This document shows, in pieces, positions 25,454 to 32,000 of a stretch of 32,000 nt of DNA (its first letter is position 1; each line of letters begins with the position of its first letter). A program made the position numbers and the translations under genes. Source of the DNA: Bellilinea caldifistulae (GTDB taxonomy: Bacteria > Chloroflexota > Anaerolineae > Anaerolineales > Anaerolineaceae); the NCBI RefSeq assembly GCF_001306055.1, contig NZ_LGHJ01000010.1, positions 120,001 through 152,000 of the forward strand. The letters are read 5' to 3'. The notes beneath the pieces were generated by a model that made no database searches, was not told the origin of the DNA, and saw nothing but the letters and a program-made list of their open reading frames with translations.

Positions 25454-27216
25454 TGCGGCGCATGAAACGCTCTCTATTGTGGCGGTTGGCAATCCCCTTC
25501 ATCTTGTTGATCATTTTATCGGTGGGGGGCGTCAGTTTGTATGCGTACCGCTTCATGGAGCGGACGTACTATGAAAATCTTCGGACTACGCTGCGTACCG
25601 AAGCGGATTTAATCGCCAGGGATGTTCTTGAACATTTGCGGGAAGGTGAAATCAATCCGCAGTTAGACAATTTAGTCAATGATTATGCCAGTATTACCGG
25701 CGTTCGGGTCACCATTATCCTGCCGGACGGGCGGGTCATCGGCGAATCGGGTCGAGATCCAACGCAAGTGGAGAATCACCTGAATCGCCCGGAAGTGCAG
25801 CAAGCTCTTGCGGAAGGAGAGGGTACGGCAATCCGATTGAGCAATACCGTTCATCAGCGGTTATATTATCTTGCTCTGCGGGTTGACGGCAATGGTGTAC
25901 CACTGGGGGTTGTGCGGCTTGCCAGCTCGATTGAAAAGATCGAGTCCGATTTACTGGAATTGAGAAATACCATTCTTGGGAGTGCCTTGCTGACAATTGG
26001 CTTGACGATTTTGCTGGCTTTTCTGGCTGCCAATCAGACGATTACGCCTCTACGCCAGTTGACTCGTGAGGTTTCAAGGTTGGGAATCGGGAATTTTAAC
26101 ATTGAATTACCAACTTACCGCCAGGATGAAATTGGCATATTAAGTCAGGCGTTTGTGCGTATAGCCAAGAGACTAAGTGAGCAAATTGAAGGTTACCGTG
26201 AAGAACGCAGCAAACTGGATGCTGTTTTAAGGAATATGAATGATGCCATCTTGATTGTGGATGGTCAGGGCTTGGTGACCTTGATCAATCCGGCGGCAGA
26301 GCGGATTTTCAACGTGGACTCAAGTCGCGCCCTGGGGCATTCACTGGTGGAGGTTGTGCGTCAGCATGCATTTGTCGAATTGTGGCGCAGCTGTGTGAAG
26401 ACCAAACGCCAGCAAATTGCTACCATTGAAACGGCGCCCGAGCGTTTATTCATTCAAGGAATTGCGACACCACTTGAGCCGTTGCTGCCTGAAAATACTC
26501 TGCTGGTCTTTCAGGATCTGACTCGCGTGCGGCGGCTTGAGGTCGTCCGTAGAGATTTCATCAGTAATGTTTCGCATGAATTACGCACCCCTCTGGCATC
26601 TCTGAAAGCACTGACCGAGACATTACAAGAAGGCGCTCTGGAGGATCCACCGGCGGCGCGGCGGTTTTTGCAGAAGATGGAAAATGAAATTGACAATATG
26701 ACCCAACTGGTGCGGGAGTTACTGGAACTTTCGCGAATTGAATCTGGCAAAGTTCCGCTAAACCTCAAACCCGTCCCGCCCAATGAATTGGTGGCACGAG
26801 CGGTGGAGAGGATGCAATTACAGGCAGAACGGGCGGGTTTGACCCTGCGTCGGGAGTGTGCGGAAGACCTGCCCAATGTGCTTGCCGATGCGGAACGCAT
26901 CGAACAGGTGCTGGTCAACCTGCTGCACAATGCGATCAAGTTTACTCCGGCAGGAGGAGAAATCGTGGCGCGGACGTGGAAAGAAGCCGGGCAGGTCATC
27001 TTCTCCGTTCAGGACACCGGCGTGGGGATTGAGCCGGCGGCTCTTACGCGTATTTTTGAACGGTTTTACAAAGCAGACCAATCCCGCTCCGGCGGCGGTA
27101 CTGGACTGGGGCTTTCGATTGCCCGGCATACGGTTGAAGCTCATTCCGGGCGAATTTGGGCGGAAAGTGAAGTGAATCGGGGCAGTACATTTTACTTCTC
27201 CATCCCCACAGCCTGA
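25453..27216 (+). CDS. Membrane sensor histidine kinase, PhoR/ResE-like (TM - extracytoplasmic domain - TM - HAMP - PAS - HisKA - HATPase)
   Basis: Two TM helices (LLWRLAIPFILLIILSVGGVSLYAY and ILGSALLTIGLTILLAFLAA) flank a domain of about 130 aa. H-box is FISNVSHELRTPL, and the ATP-binding boxes are LLHNAIKFT, DTGVGI and GGTGLGLSIA. TGATG overlap with the regulator gene. Confidence 0.92.
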   Translation: MRRMKRSLLWRLAIPFILLIILSVGGVSLYAYRFMERTYYENLRTTLRTEADLIARDVLEHLREGEINPQLDNLVNDYASITGVRVTIILPDGRVIGESGRDPTQVENHLNRPEVQQALAEGEGTAIRLSNTVHQRLYYLALRVDGNGVPLGVVRLASSIEKIESDLLELRNTILGSALLTIGLTILLAFLAANQTITPLRQLTREVSRLGIGNFNIELPTYRQDEIGILSQAFVRIAKRLSEQIEGYREERSKLDAVLRNMNDAILIVDGQGLVTLINPAAERIFNVDSSRALGHSLVEVVRQHAFVELWRSCVKTKRQQIATIETAPERLFIQGIATPLEPLLPENTLLVFQDLTRVRRLEVVRRDFISNVSHELRTPLASLKALTETLQEGALEDPPAARRFLQKMENEIDNMTQLVRELLELSRIESGKVPLNLKPVPPNELVARAVERMQLQAERAGLTLRRECAEDLPNVLADAERIEQVLVNLLHNAIKFTPAGGEIVARTWKEAGQVIFSVQDTGVGIEPAALTRIFERFYKADQSRSGGGTGLGLSIARHTVEAHSGRIWAESEVNRGSTFYFSIPTA

Positions 27217-27408
27217 ACGATTGTCATGTGGGGCAGGTTGATGAAGGATGCAGAAGGGGTGATCGGCTGGGTGACATTTGAACCGGTCAATTCGGGAAAT
27301 TTGACCGTAGCAGGGACGGGGTGGGAGTCATACACTATTTATTTAAGTGGACAATCTGCACTTCTTTTGTGAAATTTACCTGAGATTCACATCGAGAGGT
27401 TTGGTGCG

Positions 27409-28794
27409 ATGAATTCTTCCGTTACGGTTCTTTCTCAATGGCAATTTGCCATTACCTCTGTGTACCATTTCTTCTTCGTGCCGCTCACGCTGGGGCTTTC
27501 GGTTCTGGTAGCCCTCATGGAAACCATTTATGTTCGCACCGGTGACGAGCGCTACAAACGCATGACTAAATTTTGGGGCAAGTTGTTTGTCATCAACTTT
27601 GCCATGGGGGTGGTGACCGGTATCGTCCAGGAGTTTCAATTTGGGATGAACTGGTCGGAGTATTCCCGTTTTGTTGGCGATATCTTCGGAGCGCCGCTGG
27701 CTATTGAAGCGCTGCTGGCATTTTTCATCGAGTCGACCTTCTTGGGGGTGTGGATTTTCGGGTGGGATCGTCTGTCTAAATCCCTGCACGCGGTAGCCAT
27801 CTGGCTGGTAGCCATTGCCTCGAACCTGTCGGCATTCTGGATTCTGGTTGCCAATTCGTTCATGCAATCGCCGGTAGGTTATGCAGAAGAGGGCGGGCGG
27901 CTGGTGATGCAGCAGTTTTCAGCCTTGTTGACCAACCCGTACGTGTGGGGTCAGTTCCCTCATACCGTTTTTTCGGGGTTTACCACGGCGGCATTTTTTG
28001 TGATGGGTATCAGCACTTATCATCTGCTGCGCCGAAAACAGGAGGAAGTCTTCAAACCCTCGTTTCAACTGGCAACCGTATTTGGGAGTTTGTCCATTCT
28101 GATGGTCATATTGATCGGCCATAATCAGGCGCAACAGATGGTCAAATTGCAGCCGATGAAAATAGCTGCCGCAGAAGCCTTGCTGAATACCGAAAACCCG
28201 GCTTCGTTCTCGCTTCTTTCGGTGGTGGATCAGGAGACGATGAGTGAGCAAATTTCATTGCGGATTCCGCGCGTTCTCAGTTTGCTGGCATATAACCGCC
28301 TGGATGGCGAAGTGAAGGGCATCCTGGACCTGCAAAAAGAATACGAACAAAAGTACGGGCCGGGTAATTATGTTCCCTCCATTGGCATCAGTTACTGGTC
28401 ATTTCGGTTTATGGTGGGCAGCGGTTTTTTGATGCTGGCTTTTGCGGCTTATGCGTTGTATCGGGTGCTGCGCAATCAACTCAATGCTGAAACGCGCTGG
28501 TTGAAACTTTTCCTGCCGGCGATGGCACTGCCCTATCTAGCCAATATTTTTGGCTGGCTTTTGACTGAAATGGGCAGGCAACCCTGGGTGGTTTACGGAA
28601 AATTACTCACGGCTGAGGCAGTATCTCCCAACCTCACCCCTGGGATGGTCATGACTACTTTACTGGGATTTACGATTGTCTATGGATTATTGATGGTTGC
28701 GGATGTGTATTTATTGCGTAAATACGCCATTGCCGGCGCAGAAGCACAATTGCCAAAACCGCGCACTGTGGAAGAGCAAACCTATTGGGAATGA
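27409..28794 (+). CDS. cydA: Cytochrome bd-type quinol oxidase subunit I
   Basis: The N-terminus reads LSQWQFAITSVYHFFFVPLTLG. It has multiple TM helices and the conserved GWLLTEMGRQPWVVYG motif. A GAGAGG RBS is present. Confidence 0.95.
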   Translation: MNSSVTVLSQWQFAITSVYHFFFVPLTLGLSVLVALMETIYVRTGDERYKRMTKFWGKLFVINFAMGVVTGIVQEFQFGMNWSEYSRFVGDIFGAPLAIEALLAFFIESTFLGVWIFGWDRLSKSLHAVAIWLVAIASNLSAFWILVANSFMQSPVGYAEEGGRLVMQQFSALLTNPYVWGQFPHTVFSGFTTAAFFVMGISTYHLLRRKQEEVFKPSFQLATVFGSLSILMVILIGHNQAQQMVKLQPMKIAAAEALLNTENPASFSLLSVVDQETMSEQISLRIPRVLSLLAYNRLDGEVKGILDLQKEYEQKYGPGNYVPSIGISYWSFRFMVGSGFLMLAFAAYALYRVLRNQLNAETRWLKLFLPAMALPYLANIFGWLLTEMGRQPWVVYGKLLTAEAVSPNLTPGMVMTTLLGFTIVYGLLMVADVYLLRKYAIAGAEAQLPKPRTVEEQTYWE

Positions 28795-28803
28795 GGAGGC
28801 GAG

Positions 28804-29820
28804 ATGGATCTGAATACGCTTTGGTTCATCTTGATTGCGGTATTGTTTGTGGGCTACTTTGTGTTGGAAGGATTTGATTTGGGGGTAGGAATGCTGCTGC
28901 CTTTTCTGGGTAAGAATGATACCCAGCGCAGAATGATCCTCAACACAATTGGACCCCATTGGGACGGCAACGAAGTCTGGTTGATTACTGCCGGGGGGGC
29001 GATGTTTGCGGCTTTTCCAAACTGGTATGCGACCCTTTTCAGCGGTTTTTATCTGGCGTTGTTTTTGATGTTGATCGGTCTGATTGTGCGGGGAATTGCG
29101 TTGGAGTTCCGGTCCAAAGACGAGAATCCCCTATGGCGCAAGTTGTGGGACTGGGCAGCCTGTGTGGGCAGCTTTATCCCCTCGCTTCTGTGGGGAGTGG
29201 CTTTTGCCAATTTCATCCGTGGTGTACCCATTGATGCTCAAAAGTATTATGTGGGTGGCTTCTGGGATTTGATTAATGTCTACTCCATTTTAGGTGGACT
29301 TGTGACGTTATTCGGATTTTTACTGCAAGGGGCCATCTTCCTCTCACTGAAAACCGATGAACCCATTGCCAGCCTGGCCCGCCGAACGGCCAGCCGAATA
29401 TGGGTTGGAACGACCCTGGCGCTGGTTGCGGCCACAGTCGGGACTTATTTATTCACGGATATTTTGGAAAGGCTGGGGGTCAACCCCGGCCCGGTGCCGA
29501 TTGGAGCGGTTCTGGCTTTGCTGGCTGCGGGTTGGTTTATCCGACAGGGACGGGACGGCTGGGCTTTTGCCAGCAACACACTGGCAATCATTCTTTCAAC
29601 CGCCACCATATTTTTAGTCCTGTACCCGCGTGTGCTGGTTTCCAGTCTCAGTCCCAATTTCAGCCTGACGATTTACAACAGTGCTTCCGGTCCGACCACG
29701 CTCCAAACAATGACCATTGTGGCGTTAATTTTTGTTCCGCTGGTTTTACTGTACCAGGGCTGGAGTTATTGGGTTTTCCGTAAACGGGTGTCGGCAAATC
29801 CCAGAGATTTGCACTACTAA
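28804..29820 (+). CDS. cydB: Cytochrome bd-type quinol oxidase subunit II
   Basis: The N-terminus LWFILIAVLFVGYFVLEGFDLGVGML is typical of CydB. It is a polytopic membrane protein starting 9 nt after cydA, with a GGAGG RBS. Confidence 0.95.
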   Translation: MDLNTLWFILIAVLFVGYFVLEGFDLGVGMLLPFLGKNDTQRRMILNTIGPHWDGNEVWLITAGGAMFAAFPNWYATLFSGFYLALFLMLIGLIVRGIALEFRSKDENPLWRKLWDWAACVGSFIPSLLWGVAFANFIRGVPIDAQKYYVGGFWDLINVYSILGGLVTLFGFLLQGAIFLSLKTDEPIASLARRTASRIWVGTTLALVAATVGTYLFTDILERLGVNPGPVPIGAVLALLAAGWFIRQGRDGWAFASNTLAIILSTATIFLVLYPRVLVSSLSPNFSLTIYNSASGPTTLQTMTIVALIFVPLVLLYQGWSYWVFRKRVSANPRDLHY

Positions 29821-29842
29821 TTCTGACCGGATCATCGCATCA

Positions 29843-29878
29843 GGACGGTGTGGATTTCCCGCCGTCCGAAATTTTTTA
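29843..29878 (+). terminator. Rho-independent terminator after cydB
   Basis: Stem GGACGGTG (29843-29850) pairs with CGCCGTCC (29860-29867), including one G-U pair. It is followed by GAAATTTTTT. Confidence 0.7.
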
Positions 29879-29896
29879 ATGGTCGGCGAATAGCAC

Positions 29897-29925
29897 TTTA
29901 CCTTAACTCAAACATGGCTTAAAAT
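29897..29925 (+). promoter_or_regulatory. Candidate promoter for ridA and downstream glycan genes (TTTACC - 17 nt - TAAAAT)
   Basis: The -35 is at 29897-29902 and the -10 at 29920-29925. It lies about 30 nt upstream of the ridA ATG, which has a GGGAGG RBS. Confidence 0.4.
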
Positions 29926-29957
29926 CACAACACTACAATCCTCACGGGAGGCAGTTT

Positions 29958-30374
29958 ATGAGCAAGCAGTGTTGTCGAAAAGAAGTTGTCACCACCGATC
30001 AAGCGCCCAAACCGATTGGTCCTTATTCGGCAGCAGTAAAGGGTGGGCACTTTTTATTTACGGCGGGGCAAATTGGAATTGACCCGCAAACGGGTGAAAT
30101 TGTACACGGGGGAGTGGAAGCAGAAACCCGTCAGGTGATGAAAAACATCCGCGCATTGCTGGAAGCAGCCGGCACCAGCTTCGAGCGAGTGGTCAAGACC
30201 ACGATTTTCCTGCGGGATATGAACGATTTTGCCAAAGTGAACGCGATTTACGGAGAGTTCTTCCCCAGCGAACCGCCGGCGCGTTCCACTGTTCAGGTTG
30301 CAGGGCTTCCCAAAGGCGCAGCAGTGGAGATCGAGGTGGTCGCTTTATTGGCGGAGGATGATCCCTGCTGTTGA
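29958..30374 (+). CDS. ridA: RidA/YjgF/TdcF-family reactive-intermediate deaminase
   Basis: Family matches are TDQAPKPIGPYSAAV, GQIGIDPQTGEIV, NIRALLEAAG and PARSTVQVAGLPKGAAVEIEVVA. Confidence 0.9.
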   Translation: MSKQCCRKEVVTTDQAPKPIGPYSAAVKGGHFLFTAGQIGIDPQTGEIVHGGVEAETRQVMKNIRALLEAAGTSFERVVKTTIFLRDMNDFAKVNAIYGEFFPSEPPARSTVQVAGLPKGAAVEIEVVALLAEDDPCC

Positions 30375-30412
30375 TCGAAGGACTTAAACATTCCCGGGAC
30401 GTGAACCAGTCA

Positions 30413-31408
30413 ATGGTTCAATCGGTTTCAATCATCATTCCATGCTACAACGAGGAAAAAACCATTTCCTTGCTGCTGGATGCTATTTACCGTCAGACCT
30501 ACCCGCGTCATTTGATGGAAGTGATCGTTGCCGACGGCGGTTCGGTGGATGAGACCCGTCAACGGATTGCGGCTTTTCAACAAACCCATCCCGATCTTAA
30601 AGTGCGGGTGATTGATAACCCGAAGCGGATCATTCCGGCAGCGCTCAACCGCGCCATTGAGGCCTCTGAGGGGGAGATTATCTTACGGCTGGATGCTCAC
30701 TGCGTACCGGCTGAGGATTACATTGAACGCAGTGTGCAAAATCTCGACAAAGGGGTTGGGGATAATGTGGGCGGTTTGTGGATAATCGAACCCGGCAGTC
30801 AGGATTGGATCGGTTATTCGATTGCTGCGGCAGCTGCCAACCCGTTGGGGGTAGGGGATGCCCGCTATCGTTACAGCCGTCACATGGGAGAAGTAGACAC
30901 GGTGCCCTTTGGGGCCTTTCATCGCTCGCTGATTGAAAAAATTGGCGGTTACGACGAGACCCTGCTGACCAATGAGGACTACGAATTCAATACGCGCATT
31001 CGCCAAAACGGTGGAAAGGTATTTTTTGATCCGGCTATTCGCAGCATCTACTACGCCCGGCCGAATCTAGGTTCGCTGGCACGCCAGTACTGGCGTTACG
31101 GTTACTGGAAATGGCGCATGCTGCGTCGCTATCCCCGCTCGCTGCGCTGGCGGCAGCTTCTTCCACCTCTATTTGTCACTGCAGTGGCTCTGATGTTGAT
31201 ATTATCCATGTTCATGGAAATTACACGTTTCCTGCTGATTGGACTTCTGGGTTTGTATGGGTTGGCGCTGATGGTTTCTGCCATCCCGTCAGCCGTGCAA
31301 AAGCGTCAATGGTATTTGGTTATTGGTGTTCCGCTGGCTATTGCTACCATGCACTTTTGCTGGGGATTGGGCTTTTTAACCAGTATGTTTCGCTCTCTGA
31401 AATCGTGA
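30413..31408 (+). CDS. GT2-family glycosyltransferase with C-terminal TM segments
   Basis: Family matches are VSIIIPCYNEEK, VADGGSVDET and ILRLDAH, with hydrophobic C-terminal helices. The start is uncertain: ATG 30413, GTG 30401, or the ORF-track TTG 30371 that overlaps the ridA stop. Confidence 0.85.
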   Translation: MVQSVSIIIPCYNEEKTISLLLDAIYRQTYPRHLMEVIVADGGSVDETRQRIAAFQQTHPDLKVRVIDNPKRIIPAALNRAIEASEGEIILRLDAHCVPAEDYIERSVQNLDKGVGDNVGGLWIIEPGSQDWIGYSIAAAAANPLGVGDARYRYSRHMGEVDTVPFGAFHRSLIEKIGGYDETLLTNEDYEFNTRIRQNGGKVFFDPAIRSIYYARPNLGSLARQYWRYGYWKWRMLRRYPRSLRWRQLLPPLFVTAVALMLILSMFMEITRFLLIGLLGLYGLALMVSAIPSAVQKRQWYLVIGVPLAIATMHFCWGLGFLTSMFRSLKS

Positions 31409-31421
31409 GATAATTAATTTC

Positions 31422-32000
31422 ATGGGTACACAACCACTATCACCTCGTCAAGGTCTTCGATTACGCCCTACTGAAAGACGCTCAACCCTTTTTCTTGGGG
31501 ATTTTCTGGTTGCCATTATCTCCTTGCTCTTATCACTCTATCTTTGGGCGCAGGGGGCAGAATGGTATCGTTTTTCCTGGGCATTTTTACAGGAAAGAGT
31601 ACCGCTGTGGTTCTTCTTTTTACCGGTAATCTGGCTGCTTTTACTGTCCGAATCATATAGTCCGCGGCGTTCCAGCATCCGCACTGAAACTGTGCAGGAA
31701 ATTACACTGGCTGCGGGAATCAGTCTGGTGCTATACCTGCTCGTCTTTTTCGTCTCGGAACCCAATTCATTACCCAGACGCGGGGTGGGTGTCTTCATCT
31801 TGTCGGCTTATCTGCTGACCCTTGCCTGGCGATTTTTGTATATTCGATTGTTTACTACACCGCTGTTCATGCGGCGGGTGTTGATTGTCGGAGCCGGGCG
31901 GGCTGGATCTGAACTTGTACGGATTATCAAGGAGATCTGGCCGCCACCGTTTTATCTGGTCGGGTTGGTGGATGATGACCCGGAGAAGATAGGGGGGAAT
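31422..32000 (+). CDS. Polyprenyl-phosphate glycosyl-phosphotransferase (WcaJ/EpsB-like sugar transferase), N-terminal part. The 3' end lies beyond the window, so the gene is absent from the ORF track.
   Basis: My translation from ATG 31422 reads MGTQPLSPRQGLRLRPTERRSTLFLGDFLVAIISLLL... It shows four hydrophobic helices, then RRVLIVGAGRAGSELV...LVGLVDDDPEK, the typical N-terminal architecture of initiating sugar transferases. No stop occurs before position 32000. Confidence 0.8.
   Translation, partial: MGTQPLSPRQGLRLRPTERRSTLFLGDFLVAIISLLLSLYLWAQGAEWYRFSWAFLQERVPLWFFFLPVIWLLLLSESYSPRRSSIRTETVQEITLAAGISLVLYLLVFFVSEPNSLPRRGVGVFILSAYLLTLAWRFLYIRLFTTPLFMRRVLIVGAGRAGSELVRIIKEIWPPPFYLVGLVDDDPEKIGGN

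Noticed and set aside
27226-27372. 48-codon ORF (MWGRLMKDAEGVIGWVTFEPVNSGNLTVAGTGWESYTIYLSGQSALLL) in the cydA upstream region
   Set aside because: It has no SD, no recognisable family and no hydrophobic CydX-like character. It overlaps the putative regulatory repeats, so it is probably non-coding.
29958-30374. Cys-Cys pairs at both ends of RidA (MSKQCC... and ...DDPCC)
   Set aside because: This is curious, but the pairs fall in the short non-conserved tails of an otherwise standard RidA. I have no basis for a functional claim without comparative data.
1-32000. Looked for CRISPR arrays, IS elements or transposases, integrases next to the tRNA genes, toxin-antitoxin pairs and long tandem repeats
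   Set aside because: None was seen. The tRNA-Ala genes are flanked by radC and leuS, with no direct-repeat att-like duplication that I could detect by eye.

Overview
The window looks like core chromosome, not an obvious accessory island. I support about 31 protein genes, two tRNA-Ala genes and one T-box leader. I found no rRNA, CRISPR array, transposase, integrase or phage genes.

Gene layout:
- Minus strand, 10854 down to 1, tightly packed with many 1-4 nt stop/start overlaps: PfkB-type kinase, parA, parB, amidohydrolase, two soluble histidine kinases (one with an MshEN-like c-di-GMP-binding N-terminus, one with GAF), an OmpR-type regulator, a 101-aa unknown protein, a CpaF/TadA-type ATPase, then (own promoter) a dual-HTH XRE protein, a TPR protein and a GNAT acetyltransferase that runs off the window.
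- A Zn-ribbon membrane protein gene (minus) lies divergent to radC.
- Plus strand: radC, tRNA-Ala(CGC), tRNA-Ala(GGC), a Leu T-box leader, leuS, a creatininase-family gene, a 560-bp poorly explained region, recX, rny.
- Then a glycan-modification trio (bi-domain oxidoreductase, heparinase II/III-like protein, GT4), a PhoR/ResE-like two-component pair, cydAB, ridA, GT2 and a polyprenyl-phosphate sugar transferase (runs off the window).

The combination of T-box, RNase Y and RecX with about mid-50s percent GC (by eye) suggests a Chloroflexota- or Firmicutes-like lineage. That is inference only.

Most interesting observations:
1. The soluble signalling module plus orphan secretion-type ATPase plus small unknown protein (788-6784).
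2. The AT-rich region 16579-17137, which has promoter-like and nested-helix features and only a doubtful ORF.
3. An insertion of roughly 100 residues in LeuRS.
4. Rex-like half-sites with non-canonical spacing, and direct repeats, upstream of cydAB.

Several ORF-track starts are probably too far upstream (leuS, rny, creatininase, XRE, PfkB); I corrected them in the feature list.
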